Shown: positions 1 through 11,327, counted from the first letter of the stretch. The stretch is 64,000 nucleotides of DNA from an uncultured Verrucomicrobiae bacterium (GCA_963769025.1 CAVYKI010000002.1:128001-192000), one strand, 5' to 3'. Made by a program: numbers and translations. Notes: generated from the letters alone by a model not told the origin.

Positions 1-93
1 TCGTGGAGACGTTGCAGCACCGGTGAAGCGTTCCGACGCACGCTGGGGCGGATTCGGGTTGCGCGCGCGTGGGGGCAGAGCGGACGGTGTGTC

Positions 94-969
94 GTGACTG
101 AGCCGAACATCACGAACCTGCACATCGGCACCTGCGCCTGGAGTCATGAGGACTGGCGCGGCGTTTTCTATCCCGACCATCTGCCCGCTCCGGAACGGCT
201 CGGGTATTACGCGCGGTGGTTCGATGCGGTGGAGGTGGACTCCACATTTTACCACACGCCCACGCCCGCGGTGGCGGCACACTGGGCCGAGGTGACGCCG
301 CCGGGGTTCCGCTTTTCGTGCAAGGTGCCGCGTGAGATCACGCACGAGCGCAAGCTGCGGGACTCGGACCAGGCGCTTGCGGCATTCCTGCGCGGCGTGG
401 AGCCGCTGGGGGAGAAGCTGGCGTGCCTGCTCGTGCAGACGCCGCGGTGGTTCGATCCGAAGCACGACGAGCACGCGCTGCGGGATTTCCTCCACGGGTT
501 GCCGAAAGGCTTCCGCTGGGCGGTGGAATTCCGCGACCAGAAATGGCACCTGCCGCGCATCGCGCACCTGCTGGAAAATCACGACATCGCGTGGGTGTGG
601 AACGATCTGTCGCCGATGGAGGAGGCGGATGCCGCGGCATTCGGCTTTTTCCCGGAGACGGCGGACTTCGCCGTGGTGAGGCTGATGGGCGACCCGGCGA
701 CGAAGTATCATCCCGACGGGTCGCGGGTGCATCACTACGACAGCCCGATGTGGCCGCGCGCGCGGTCGCTGGAAAATTGGGCCGTGAAGATCCGGCAGGA
801 GCTGCCCGAGAAGCGCGAGGTGCTAGTGTTCGCGAACAATCATTTCGAGGGCTTCTCGCCGCGCACCGTGCAGGAGATCGGCAGGCTGCTCGGCAGGAAC
901 GTCGATCTGCCGGGCCCGGACGAGCTGCATCCCGGCGGCGGGCGCGCGCAGATGCGCCTGTGGGAGTAG
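94..969 (+). CDS. DUF72 (YecE-like) family protein
   Basis: IGTCAWSHEDW...VFYP, VEVDSTFY, F-S-C-K-V-P-R-E-ITH and FANNHFEG motifs typical of DUF72. Confidence 0.9.
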   Translation: MTEPNITNLHIGTCAWSHEDWRGVFYPDHLPAPERLGYYARWFDAVEVDSTFYHTPTPAVAAHWAEVTPPGFRFSCKVPREITHERKLRDSDQALAAFLRGVEPLGEKLACLLVQTPRWFDPKHDEHALRDFLHGLPKGFRWAVEFRDQKWHLPRIAHLLENHDIAWVWNDLSPMEEADAAAFGFFPETADFAVVRLMGDPATKYHPDGSRVHHYDSPMWPRARSLENWAVKIRQELPEKREVLVFANNHFEGFSPRTVQEIGRLLGRNVDLPGPDELHPGGGRAQMRLWE

Positions 970-1020
970 CGCCGCACTCTTTCCTTTCCGCTCCCGCTTC
1001 ATCCGGCGTACTCTGCGCGC

Positions 1021-1317
1021 ATGGCCCAATACCAACGCTCCAAGCAGACCAGCGAACTCACGGAGACATTCCTGCAGTTTGTGATGATGCACACGCAGCA
1101 GGCGCTCCTCGCGCTCGGCAGGCATCCGAGCCAGCCTGCCGGTGCGCCGCCGCCGAATCTGCAGCTCGGGAAAGTGTTCATCGATCACCTGGCGATGCTG
1201 CGTGCGAAGATGGAGGGAAACCTCGCGGGCGATGAGCAGAACGCCATCGACAACGCGATCGCTCACCTTCAGAAGGAATTCGCCGAGGTGACGAACGAAA
1301 AGGGAGGCAAGGCTTGA
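1021..1317 (+). CDS. DUF1844 family small helical protein
   Basis: QQALLALG...P...NL..GK.FID.LAML.AKMEGNL pattern; usual neighbour of kdsA. Confidence 0.75.
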   Translation: MAQYQRSKQTSELTETFLQFVMMHTQQALLALGRHPSQPAGAPPPNLQLGKVFIDHLAMLRAKMEGNLAGDEQNAIDNAIAHLQKEFAEVTNEKGGKA

Positions 1318-2136
1318 GCACGCGGCCGGCATTCGGCGTGGGCAATGTGATGTTCGGGGGCGGCGCTCCGGTGTTCATGCTCGGGCCGTGCGTGATTGAG
1401 TCGGAGGAGTTCGTGTGGAAAATGGCGCGCGCGCTGAAGGCGATCTGCGCGGAGGTCGGGGCGCAGTTCATTTTCAAGGCGAGCTACGACAAGGCGAACC
1501 GCACCTCGGGCAAAAGCTACCGCGGCATCGGGCTGAAGGACGGCTGCACGCATCCTCGCGAACATCGGCCGCGAGCTCGGCGTGCCGGTGACGACCGATG
1601 TGCATTCGCCCGAGGACGCGCGCGCGGCGGCGGAGTGGATCGACCTTTTGCAAATCCCCGCGTTCCTCTGCCGGCAGACGGATCTCATCCAGGCTGCCGC
1701 GGAGACTGGGCGCGCGGTGAATGTGAAGAAGGGGCAGTTCCTCGCGCCGTGGGACGTGAAGAACATCGCGGAAAAGCTGCGCGCGTTCGGCTGCGAGCGG
1801 TTCATGTTCACCGAGCGCGGGACGACCTTCGGCTACAACAATCTCGTGGCCGACATGCGCTCGCTTTACTGGATGCGCGAGCTCGGCTGCCTCGCGATTT
1901 TCGACGCCACGCACAGCGTCCAGCGGCCCGGCGGGGCGGGCGACAAGACGGGCGGCGACGGCATCCTCGCGCCCGTGCTCGCGCGCGCGGCGGTGGCGGC
2001 GGGATGCGACGGTGTCTTCATCGAGACGCACGAGGATCCTTCGAAGGCGCTGAGCGACGGGCCGAATCAGATTCCGCTGGCGCAAGTCTCCGCGCTGCTC
2101 AAAACTCTGCTGCAAATCCATGCTCTCGTTTCGTAA
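1314..2136 (+). CDS. kdsA: KDO8P synthase (one frameshift near 1548)
   Basis: [20 protein letters not shown] in ORF 1314; [40 protein letters not shown] in ORF 1582. Confidence 0.95.
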
Positions 2137-2710
2137 AACCCCGGTGATTGCGCTCGCAGTGGGCATGGGCCTCATCCGGATGTCCTCTGCCGCCGAGCGG
2201 GCGAAGGATCCGGTGCCTGAAAAGCCCGTCGCCGTGGAAGCGAAGAAGCCGGACGTGGCGAAAGACAAGGACCGGCTCGACCTCCCCGTGCCAAAGGGCC
2301 AGCCGCAGAAAGGGCTCCGCATTCCCATCTACAGCCCGGAGGGGAAGCTGATGATGAGTTTCCAAATCGGCGTCGCCGAGGTCGTGGACGCCGACAATAT
2401 CAAGATGGGCGACCTGCGGCTGGAGACTTTCAAGGAAACGGGCGAGCACGAGTTCGACATCGAGCTGCCGGATTCCATCTTCAACGCGAAGACCAAGGAG
2501 CTGATTTCAAAGCTGCACGTGACCATCAAGCGGCATGACTTCGAACTCACGGGCAACAGCGTGACATTCAATACCGAGACGAGGGTGGGGAAGTTCGGTG
2601 GCGGGGTGAAAATGGTGATCTACGACGCCCGTTCCGCCGCCGGGGCGAGCGATGAAAAGCCGGTGATTCCCACCGTGGAAGTGACACCTTTGAAGGAGGA
2701 AAAAAAATGA
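2120..2710 (+). CDS. lptC: LptC-like LPS export periplasmic protein
   Basis: N-terminal hydrophobic anchor, beta-rich body, position between kdsA and lptA/lptB. Confidence 0.55.
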   Translation: MLSFRKTPVIALAVGMGLIRMSSAAERAKDPVPEKPVAVEAKKPDVAKDKDRLDLPVPKGQPQKGLRIPIYSPEGKLMMSFQIGVAEVVDADNIKMGDLRLETFKETGEHEFDIELPDSIFNAKTKELISKLHVTIKRHDFELTGNSVTFNTETRVGKFGGGVKMVIYDARSAAGASDEKPVIPTVEVTPLKEEKK

Positions 2711-3402
2711 TGAAATCCTGTTTTATCCCAGTGATCGCAGCGCTGGTCGCGCTGGCAGCCCGTGCATCCGCACAGGGTCTCGGCGAAGAGCCCATCGGAC
2801 GGTTGGGGCTCGAATCGTCCGGCAGCGAACCCGTGCGGGCCGCCGCGCCGGTGACCGCTTTCGTGACGCCAGAGAAGCGGCCGAAAGGGCCGACGGAAAT
2901 CACCGCGCGCGAGGCGACGTTCGACAGCCGCATCCACCTTGGCACCTTCACGGACGACGTGCTGGTGCGCGATCCGGAGTTTGGCCTGTCGTGCGACAAG
3001 CTGACGGTGAATATGAAAAAGCCGCCGACTGACAGCGCTGCGAAACCGGAAGTGAAACCGGAGGTGAAGCCGAAGGCGCCCGGCGAATCGAGCAGCGGCA
3101 TCGAAAAAGCCATTGCCGAGGGCAACGTCATCATCACGCAGGACAAGCCGGACGCGACTGGGAAACTCCAGCGCTACATCGGGAAGGCAAAGCGCGCCGT
3201 CTTCGACAACACGACCGGCACGCTCACGCTCTACGGCTGGCCGCAAATCTCGCAGACAATCGGCGGCTCGTTGAGCAAGCAGATCCTCTCGCGCGAGGAG
3301 AGCTGCGTCATCACGCTGAACCGTGCGGGAAAAATCGACGTGAAAGGCTACCACACCAGCACCCTGCAGGACGCGGGAGAAATCAGCCCGGGCTCACGAT
3401 AA
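2707..3402 (+). CDS. lptA: LptA/OstA-like LPS transport protein
   Basis: Signal peptide; TEITAREATFD, IEKAIAEGNVII, AVFDNTTGTLTL beta-jellyroll motifs; precedes lptB. Confidence 0.75.
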   Translation: MMKSCFIPVIAALVALAARASAQGLGEEPIGRLGLESSGSEPVRAAAPVTAFVTPEKRPKGPTEITAREATFDSRIHLGTFTDDVLVRDPEFGLSCDKLTVNMKKPPTDSAAKPEVKPEVKPKAPGESSSGIEKAIAEGNVIITQDKPDATGKLQRYIGKAKRAVFDNTTGTLTLYGWPQISQTIGGSLSKQILSREESCVITLNRAGKIDVKGYHTSTLQDAGEISPGSR

Positions 3403-3404
3403 CC

Positions 3405-4180
3405 ATGTCTGCGGCCGCACCTGCACCCAAGCTCGAGAAGACGGCGTCGCTGCCACCTGCCGTCCTGCGGACGGACAAGCTCGTGAAAATCTACGATGGC
3501 CGCTCCGTGGTGAACGGCGTGGACATCAACTGCCGCCGCGGCGAGATCGTCGGCCTGCTCGGCCCGAACGGCGCGGGCAAGACGACGAGCTTTTACATGA
3601 TGGTCGGCCTGGTGCGGCCGAACTCGCGGAACCGTGTGGTTCGACGGCCACGACGTGACGGACATGGCGATGCACAAGCGCGCGCGCATGGGCATGGGCT
3701 ACCTGCCGCAGGAGGAGAGCATCTTCCGCAAGCTCACCGTGGAGCAGAACATCATGGCCATCCTCGAGACGACGAAGCTCGACCGCGCCGCGCGCAAGGC
3801 CCGCTGCGACCAGCTGCTCGAACAATTCGGCATCGCCCACGTCCGCAAGCAGCTCGCGCTCACGCTTTCCGGCGGTGAAAAGCGCCGCCTCACCATCGCC
3901 CGTTCGCTCGTGCCGAACCCGAGCCTCATCATGCTCGACGAGCCGTTCAGCGGCGTGGATCCCGATCGCCGTGCAGGACGTGCAGAAAATCGTGAGCGGA
4001 CTGCGCGAACTCGGCCTCGGCATCCTCATCACCGACCACAACGTCCGCGAGACGCTGAGCATCGTGGATCGCGCCTACCTCATCTTCGAGGGCCGCGTGC
4101 TGATGGAAGGCACGAAGGATTTCCTCATCAACAATCCCGAGGCGCGCCGCCTCTACCTCGGCGAGAATTTTTCAATGTAA
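3405..4180 (+). CDS. lptB: LPS export ABC ATPase (frameshifts near 3630 and 3962)
   Basis: GPNGAGKTT, GYLPQEESIFRKL, LSGGEKRRL, LDEPFSGVDP, LITDHNVRETL, LYLGENF across three frames. Confidence 0.95.
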
Positions 4181-4273
4181 ACGCCCCGGCCATCCGCACC
4201 CGGCAAGCACCGTTGCGAGCCGGCCAAAGAACGGATGGCTTTTTCCCCAAACCCGCACGACAGAATAACCACA

Positions 4274-4858
4274 ATGCAAACCGCGAACATCAACGTCCCA
4301 GTCAGAGTCACCGGCCGTCACATCAGCATCACGGAGGCGATCCGTGATTACGCCAAGTCGAAGATCGACAACATCCACCTCGACTACCCGCGCATCATCG
4401 AGGCGCACGTCATCCTCGACGTGAGCAAGCACCGCCACAGCGCGGAAATCGTCCTCCAGTGCGCGAACCACATCACCATCGAGGCCGACGAGGAATGCGA
4501 CGACATGTATGCCGCGATCGACGGCGTGGTCGCGAAGATCGCCCGGCAGATGCGGAAGTACAAGACGAAGATGCTCCGCAGCCACCGCCCGCGCCGGCAC
4601 GAGGCGCAGCATTTCGAGCAGCATGTGCTGCACATCGACGAGCACTTCGAACTCCACGAGGAGGCCGAGGCCCAGCAGGTGCAGACCGAGCAGCTCGTCG
4701 TCCGTTCGCTCTTCGTGGACGAGGCAATTCTCCAGCTCGAAATGGCCGCGAACCGGCCGTTCGTCGTCTTCGTGAATGCGAAGACCGAGAAGGTGAACAT
4801 CCTGCAGCGCCGCAAGGACGGGAAGTTCGGCCTTATCGAGATCGCGATCCCGAGCTGA
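4274..4858 (+). CDS. hpf: Ribosome hibernation factor (long HPF/RaiA)
   Basis: VTGRHISITEAIRDY, DMYAAID..V.KI.RQMRKYKTK, C-terminal EAILQLE...RRKDGKFGLIE. Confidence 0.92.
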   Translation: MQTANINVPVRVTGRHISITEAIRDYAKSKIDNIHLDYPRIIEAHVILDVSKHRHSAEIVLQCANHITIEADEECDDMYAAIDGVVAKIARQMRKYKTKMLRSHRPRRHEAQHFEQHVLHIDEHFELHEEAEAQQVQTEQLVVRSLFVDEAILQLEMAANRPFVVFVNAKTEKVNILQRRKDGKFGLIEIAIPS

Positions 4859-6009
4859 CCGCTTCGCGCAGGGCGCGATCCCGGCGCATCACGTCGGGAA
4901 ACGTCGCGAGCAAGAGCTGGCGTCCGCGGACATCCGCGAGGAACGTTGCGGGCAATTCCGCGTCGCTCACCTCCGGCAGCACGTGGATCTCCTCCTCCGT
5001 GATCGCCAGCGCGAGGCCGCCTGCGGCGAAGGGAAACACTTCCTGGGCGATGCAAAGCCAGCGCCGGAAATGCTCCGGCTGCTGCCGCGCGAGGCCGTCG
5101 AGCGCAGCGAGCCACACGTCCTCCTCGAAGTTTGCATGGCAGCGCTGCCCGAGCGTGCCGGAAGCGATCTCGTGGAGGCGGGATTTTCCCGCCGCGTGCC
5201 GGATGCCTACTTTCAAGGGCCCGGCCAGCGCGGCGATTTCCGCCGCGAGCGCGAGGGTCGCAGCGAGTTCGCCTTGGTCTCCTTCAAACTCCGCACCCGG
5301 CTGCCACGCGGGCCCGAGCGATGGGGAAATGCAAACCGGCCCGAGCCCGGAACGGGCCGTCTCGAGCGCGAGAAACAGAAATTCCTCCGCGCTATCGCGA
5401 TCCCGGCGGCCCGCGAAATTCAGCTCGATGTCGGGTGCTGCGCCGCGACCCGTCCACGTGGTGCGAATCGCCTGCTGCAACTGCGCCGCATGGGCGAGCG
5501 CAGTCCCGTATTTCACGGCAGCCCGGGCGAGCGTCTCATCGCCGAACCGGAGCATGCGGCCGGATGCCAGGGGCCATTCACGGTCGGTGTAGTTCGCGTG
5601 CCAGCCTTGCGCGTAGCAGCCCGCGTCCTCGAGGGAGACGACGGCTGCGTCGAGTCCGTCGAGCGACATCGAGTCGGCACGCCCGTTGCAAAGGCTGCCA
5701 AGCTCGAACGAAAACCACGTGTAACCCGCGGTCGCGAATGCAGCCGCCTCCGCGGTCGTGCGGACCACGCAGCCGGCGCCCCACGCGGCCGGTGGATCCC
5801 GCCTTTTCCAGCGCAGTTGCCGTCGCTGTGAGCATCTCGCGCGGGCCGTCGTCGGCACTGCCGTCTTCGCCGGTGAGATGGTGCATCAGGACCGGCGCCA
5901 CGCCGCGTTCATGAGCTTCGCGCAGCGCGTCGGTCGGAAAATAAATGCCGTTGCAGCCGAGCGCGACAGTGGGATGCGCGGCGAGTGGCGAGGGTGATGG
6001 GAGCGGCAT
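4833..6009 (-). CDS. Divergent UxaE (tagaturonate epimerase)-like protein (frameshift near 5785)
   Basis: Colinear resemblance to UxaE segments (AGYTWFSFE, DIEL, FEGD, GPLKVGIRHAAGK, WLAAL..LAR.QPEHFR) but canonical motifs are altered. Confidence 0.55.
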
Positions 6010-6105
6010 CGCGCCACCATCCACCGCCGGGGCGGAGCGATTCAACAATCAAACACGGTGCACGCTTGCACCCCGCGGGGCCGCGTTGTTTGCTCTCCGC
6101 CCCTT

Positions 6106-7035
6106 ATGGAAAAAGTCATCATTCTCGGCACCGGCTGCGCCGGGCTCACCGCGGCGATTTACGCCGCCCGCGCCAATCTTTCCCCGCTCGTCCTCGAAGG
6201 CCACGAGCCGGGCGGCCAGCTTTCCACCACGACGCTTGTGGAGAATTTTCCCGGCTTCAAGGAAGGCATCACGGGCCCGGAACTGATCATGAACATGAAG
6301 GCGCAGGCGGAGCGATTCGGCGCGCGGTTTCAGTATGCGGAGTGCGCAGGGCTGAAGCCCGCCGGCCAGCATGTGAGCATCAAGGTCGAGGGCAAGTGGA
6401 TCGACACGCGCACGCTCATCGTCGCGAGCGGCGCGAGCGCGAAATGGCTCGGCATCGACCGCGAGCGCGAACTCATCGGCCATGGGCTGACCTCATGCGC
6501 GACGTGCGACGGCGCGTTTTACCGCAACGTGCCCGTGTGCGTCGTGGGCGGCGGCGATTCCGCGTGCGAGGAGGCGACGTTCCTCACTCGCTTCGCATCG
6601 AAGGTCTACCTCATCCACCGTCGCGACTCGCTGCGCGCATCGAAGATCATGGCCGACCGCACGCTCGCGAATCCGAAAATCGAGCCGATCTGGAACAGCG
6701 CGGTCGCGGAATATCTCCCGGATGCGGAAGGCGAGATGCGCGCGGTGAAACTGCGCGACTTGAAGTCGGACGCCGAGCGTGAACTCGAGGTGAAATGCGT
6801 CTTCGTCGCCATCGGCCACACCCCGAATACGGCGCCGTTCAAGGGCATCCTTTCGATGGATGAAAACGGCTACCTCCTGCAGCAGGGCGGAACGACCGCG
6901 ACGAATGTGCCCGGCGTCTTCGCGGCGGGCGACGTGTCCGATCACCGCTACCGGCAGGCGGTCACCGCCGCGGGCCAGGGTTGCGCCGCCGCGCTGGATG
7001 CGGAGCGGCATCTCGCCGAACACGGCGCGGATTGA
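6106..7035 (+). CDS. trxB: Thioredoxin reductase
   Basis: GTGCAGLTAA, GGQL, CATCDG redox motif, GGGDSACEEA, HRRD, GVFAAGDV. Confidence 0.97.
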   Translation: MEKVIILGTGCAGLTAAIYAARANLSPLVLEGHEPGGQLSTTTLVENFPGFKEGITGPELIMNMKAQAERFGARFQYAECAGLKPAGQHVSIKVEGKWIDTRTLIVASGASAKWLGIDRERELIGHGLTSCATCDGAFYRNVPVCVVGGGDSACEEATFLTRFASKVYLIHRRDSLRASKIMADRTLANPKIEPIWNSAVAEYLPDAEGEMRAVKLRDLKSDAERELEVKCVFVAIGHTPNTAPFKGILSMDENGYLLQQGGTTATNVPGVFAAGDVSDHRYRQAVTAAGQGCAAALDAERHLAEHGAD

Positions 7036-7055
7036 GTCACGGCGGGCGAGCCCGC

Positions 7056-7475
7056 TCAGGCCTGCAGCCGCGCGTTGCGCTGGAGCACGAGCGAGATCAT
7101 CTGGAGGAGTTCGTCGCTCGGCACCGGCTTGAAGACAACGAGGCCGTCCGCGTGGTGGAGGAAGTCGTTCGTCCGCGGGTCATCGCCGTTTCCGGTGACG
7201 AAGAGAAAGCGCGAGCACAGGTGCGGCTTCACCTTTTGGATGGCGAGGTAAAACATGTCGCCCGGCATCGTCGGCATCATCATGTCGCAGATGATCACGT
7301 CGAAATCCATCCCCATGGCCTCGCGCAGCCCCTCGACGCCGTTGCGCGCGGTGGTGACGACAAAATTGCGTGATTCCAGCAGCAGCTTCAGCGTGTCCGC
7401 CAGCTCCACGTCGTCATCGAGCAGGAGGATGTTGGTGATTTCGAGATCCTGCGTGCTCTCATCGTCCTGCGCCAT
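7056..7475 (-). CDS. Single-domain response regulator (alternative start 7571)
   Basis: ILLLDDD, IICDMMMP, FVTG, FKP receiver motifs. Confidence 0.88.
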   Translation of the reverse strand: MAQDDESTQDLEITNILLLDDDVELADTLKLLLESRNFVVTTARNGVEGLREAMGMDFDVIICDMMMPTMPGDMFYLAIQKVKPHLCSRFLFVTGNGDDPRTNDFLHHADGLVVFKPVPSDELLQMISLVLQRNARLQA

Positions 7476-7657
7476 GGCCGACGAACGGCCGCCACGCTGC
7501 GAGGGGAAACGCACCGTGCGCTCCTGCGCCGATCCTGGCAACGGGATGACTTGTGGGTTGGGTAAAGACATGATTCTCATTTTTGAAAAGCAGATGTCGT
7601 GCTTGATTGGCGCGCTTCGCCGGATAGTTTGCGCCGCCACGTTCACCCTGCAGGAAC

Positions 7658-7733
7658 GCCAGTATAGCTCAGTTGGTAGAGCGCTCGATTTGTAATCGAA
7701 AGGTCGCGGGTTCGAATCCCGCTGCTGGCTCCA
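7658..7733 (+). tRNA. tRNA-Thr(TGT)
   Basis: 76-nt cloverleaf GCCAGTA...TGCTGGC T CCA; D arm GCTC/GAGC; anticodon loop TTTGTAA; T arm GCGGG TTCGAAT CCCGC; encoded CCA. Confidence 0.97.
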
Positions 7734-7785
7734 CGCGGCGGCGCACTGGCTGCATCAAAACACGATCCGTCATTCACTTCAGCCG

Positions 7786-8792
7786 ATGCCCCGCCTTTTC
7801 ACACTGCTCGCCATCCTGATCGGCTGCGTGCTGCCGGCGTGGGGCGCGCAGGACTGGAGCGGTCGTGAAAGTCGGAGGGACGCGACTACCTCACGATGGA
7901 CAACATCGCGGAGTTTTACAGCCTCAGCGCCGTGCGGCGGAAGGAGAAGGAGGCGTCGGCGTCTTCCGGGGTGCGTACCATCCGCGCGACCATCGGCTCG
8001 CCGGATTTCTTCATCAACAATCTCAAGTTCATCCTCAGCTACCCCGCGATCGAGCACGACGGGAAGGTCTGCATCTCGCGGATGGACCTCGTGAAGCTCA
8101 TCGAGCCGGTCATGCGCCCGAGCCGCATCAAGAACGCGGAGCCGATCGACACCGTCGTGCTCGATGCCGGCCACGGCGGGCACGACAACGGCGCGCTAGA
8201 GCATCTACGGCCCGGAGAAGGCGTTCGCGCTCGACGTCGTGCTTCGCGCGAAGGCGCTGCTCCAGGCCAGCGGATTGAAGGTGGTGCTCACCCGCACGGA
8301 CGACACCTTCATCTCGCTCGACGATCGCGTGCGCATCGCGAACCAGCACAAGCGCGCCATCTTCATCTCCGTGCATTTCAACGCCGGCGGCTACGGCACC
8401 GGCGTCGAGGCCTTCACGCTCGCGCCGCGCGGCGTCCCCTCGATGATGTCCGACGGCCCGCGCGTCTCCGATCTTCACGAGTGCCGTGGCAATGCCCGCG
8501 ACGCGGAAAACATCGCGCTCGCCACCGCGACCCACGCCGCGCTCGTCGTAAAGACGCAAGCATGTTCGATCGCGGCCTCAAGCGCGCGCGCTTCGTCGTC
8601 ATCCGCGACATCACCATCCCCGGCGTGCTCATCGAGGGCGGTTTCCAGACGAATCCCTACGACGCAAAACTGATCGCCACCGCCGGCTACCGGCAACTCC
8701 TCGCCCAGGCCATCCTGCAGGCTGTGGAGAACTACCGCCGCGCAGTCGGCAACCAGCCGCGACGCCGGTCGTCTCGCATACCGATGATGTGA
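7786..8792 (+). CDS. N-acetylmuramoyl-L-alanine amidase, Amidase_3 family (several frameshifts)
   Basis: Signal peptide; VVLDAGHGGHD, VVLTRTDD.FISL..R, FISVHFNA, GVE, VLIEGGF distributed over frames. Confidence 0.9.
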
Positions 8793-8941
8793 AGCCCGAG
8801 CGCGCGCCCGCCGACAAGACCGTGAAACGCGAGACGCCCGAAGGCCCCGAAGCCCGAGCCCATCGAGCCGCCCGTGGCGAACTGACGCGCGACTGCGCTT
8901 GCCACGCGCGCGGCGCCCGCCTCTCATCGCGCTCCTTTTTC

Positions 8942-9787
8942 GTGAAGCGATCCACCGCCCGCAAACCCACGCCCCCCGCCGCCCCGCAGCCCATCGGCGT
9001 CTTCGATTCCGGCATCGGCGGCCTCACCGTCGTCGCCGCGCTTCGCAAGCTGCTGCCCGCCGAGAACATCTTCTACATCGGCGACACCGCGCGCGTGCCG
9101 TACGGCGGCAAAAGCCAGGCGACCATCGAGCGCTACAGCCAGGAAATCTCCGGCCTCCTCCTCGCCGAGCGCGCAAAGCTCATCGTCGTCGCCTGCAACA
9201 CCGCCAGCGCCCTCGGCGTCCCGCGCCTCCGCGAGACGCTGCGCGTCCCCGTCACCGGCGTCATCGAGCCCGGCGCGCAGGCCGCGGTGAAGGCCACGCG
9301 TTCGGGAAAAGTCGGCGTCATCGGCACGCGCGCCACCATCGCCAGCCGCGCCTACGAACGCGCCATCGAGGCGCTCGACTCCGACGTGAAGGTCTTCACC
9401 GAGCCGTGCCCGCTGCTCGTCCCGCTCATCGAGGAAGGCTGGCTCGACGATCCCGTCACCGACTCCATCATCGCCCGCTATCTGGAAAAGCTGCTGCGCT
9501 CCGGCGTGGACACGCTCGTCCTCGGCTGCACGCATTACCCGCTGCTCCGCGACGCCATCCAGCGCCACGTCGGCCCCGATGTCACCCTCGTGGACTCCGC
9601 GCAGAACACCGCCCTCGCCGTGCAGAAACTCCTCCGCCAGCAAAAGCTCGCCGCCCCTGCGAAGAACGTCGGCAAGCTCCAGGTCGCCCTCACCGATCAA
9701 AGCAGCGCATTCCTCCGCGTCGCCGAGCAAGCCCTCGGTCTGCAAGTCGGCGACACGAAGCTCCGCGCCGTGCAGCACGTCGGCTGA
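8942..9787 (+). CDS. murI: Glutamate racemase
   Basis: IGVFDSGIGGLTV, PYG, VACNTAS, LGCTHYP; GTG start inferred. Confidence 0.96.
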   Translation: MKRSTARKPTPPAAPQPIGVFDSGIGGLTVVAALRKLLPAENIFYIGDTARVPYGGKSQATIERYSQEISGLLLAERAKLIVVACNTASALGVPRLRETLRVPVTGVIEPGAQAAVKATRSGKVGVIGTRATIASRAYERAIEALDSDVKVFTEPCPLLVPLIEEGWLDDPVTDSIIARYLEKLLRSGVDTLVLGCTHYPLLRDAIQRHVGPDVTLVDSAQNTALAVQKLLRQQKLAAPAKNVGKLQVALTDQSSAFLRVAEQALGLQVGDTKLRAVQHVG

Positions 9788-9812
9788 GCGGATCTCCGCG
9801 TCGCGCAGAGCG

Positions 9813-11327
9813 TCAGCCGAGCTTGCTGTCGGCGATGTGGTAGTGCGGGTCTTCGTGCGTGTTCACTTCGACCATGGGCTTCGCCTTGTGCAGAAGCTCG
9901 AGGCAGTCCGGGCTGAGGTGCCGCAGGTGCAGCCGCTTGCCGACTTGCAGGTAGCGGCCCGCCAGTGCGTCGATGGCCTCGATGGCGGAGTGATCCACCA
10001 CTTTCGCACGGCGGAACTCCACGACGACCTCCGCCGGATCCTCCCGGGGAGTGAACAAGGCCGCAAACCCCGCCGCGGATGCGAAGAACAGCGAGCCTTC
10101 GAGATCGTACACCTTCCAGCCTTTGTCGTCCGTGTAGGTCTTCACGTTGATCTGTTTTGCGTGCTGCCACGCGAATACCAGGGCCGCGATGATCACGCCG
10201 AGCACGACGGCAATCGCCAAGTCCGTGAAGACCGTCACCACTGTCACCAGCACGACGATGATCGCGTCGGAGCGCGGAATCTTCCGCAGCGCCTCCAGGC
10301 TCGCCCATTCAAACGTCTTTTCGCACACGACGAACATCACGCCGATGAGCGCCGCGAGCGGGATGCGCTCGATGAGGCTCGATCCAAACAGGATGAACGC
10401 CAGCAGGAACAGCGACATGGAGATGCTCGCCAGCCGCTTCGTCCCGCCGCTGTTCACATTGATCATGCTCTGGCCGATCATCGCGCAGCCGCCCATGCCG
10501 CCGAAGAATCCCGTCACCACATTCGCCGCGCCCTGCGCCATGCACTCACGGTTCGGCTTGCCGCGCGTGTCGGTCATCGCGTCGATGAGGTTCAGTGTCA
10601 GCAGCGACTCGATCAGCCCGATGGCCGCGAGAATCAGCGCGTAGGGGAAAATGATCTTCAGCGTCTCCCAATTCCACGGCACGCCGGGCACGTGGAACGC
10701 CGGCAACCCGCCCGCGATCGAGCCGAGGTCGCCCACCGTCTTCGTGTGAATGCCGAATCCGCCGACCAACCCGGACACGACGAGAATCCCGGCGAGCGTC
10801 GCGGGCACCGCCTTCGTCAGCTTGGGAAACAGATAGATGATCGCCATCGTCAGCGCGATGAGGCCCAGCATCGTGTAAAGGGCCGAGCCCTGCATCCAGT
10901 GCGGCACGCCATCCGCGCCGGTCGTCTTGAAGTGCCCGAACTGCGCCAGGAAAATGACGATCGCCAGCCCGTTCACAAAGCCGAGCATCACCGGATGCGG
11001 CACCAGCCGGATGAGCTTGCCGAGGCGGAACGCCGCGAAAAGAAGCTGGAGCATTCCCATCAGGACCACGGTGGCAAAAAGGTATTCCGCACCATGCATC
11101 GCGACCAGCGACACCATGACCACCGCCAGCGCACCCGCAGCTCCCGACACCATGCCGGGCCGCCCGCCAATCGTCGCCGTGATGAGCCCGACGATGAACG
11201 CCGCATAAAGCCCCGTGAGCGGTGAAAGGTGGGCGACGAGCGCGAAGGCTATCGCCTCGGGAACCATGGCCAGCGCGACCGTCAGGCCGCTGAGGACATT
11301 GGTTTTAATCTCAGAAGTGGAAATCAT
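9813..11327 (-). CDS. SulP/SLC26 family anion transporter with STAS domain
   Basis: VALAMVPEAIAF, GGRPGMVSGAAGA, GGCAMIGQS, C-terminal EGSLFFAS...DHSAIEAI. Confidence 0.93.
   Translation of the reverse strand: MISTSEIKTNVLSGLTVALAMVPEAIAFALVAHLSPLTGLYAAFIVGLITATIGGRPGMVSGAAGALAVVMVSLVAMHGAEYLFATVVLMGMLQLLFAAFRLGKLIRLVPHPVMLGFVNGLAIVIFLAQFGHFKTTGADGVPHWMQGSALYTMLGLIALTMAIIYLFPKLTKAVPATLAGILVVSGLVGGFGIHTKTVGDLGSIAGGLPAFHVPGVPWNWETLKIIFPYALILAAIGLIESLLTLNLIDAMTDTRGKPNRECMAQGAANVVTGFFGGMGGCAMIGQSMINVNSGGTKRLASISMSLFLLAFILFGSSLIERIPLAALIGVMFVVCEKTFEWASLEALRKIPRSDAIIVVLVTVVTVFTDLAIAVVLGVIIAALVFAWQHAKQINVKTYTDDKGWKVYDLEGSLFFASAAGFAALFTPREDPAEVVVEFRRAKVVDHSAIEAIDALAGRYLQVGKRLHLRHLSPDCLELLHKAKPMVEVNTHEDPHYHIADSKLG

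Noticed and set aside
4180..4860. Absence of rpoN/hprK around lptB-hpf as a novelty
   Set aside because: Gene order here varies among lineages and the genes may lie elsewhere; not assessable from this window.
7658..7733. tRNA-anchored genomic island
   Set aside because: Followed directly by the housekeeping amidase and murI; no integrase, and no duplicated tRNA 3' end noticed.
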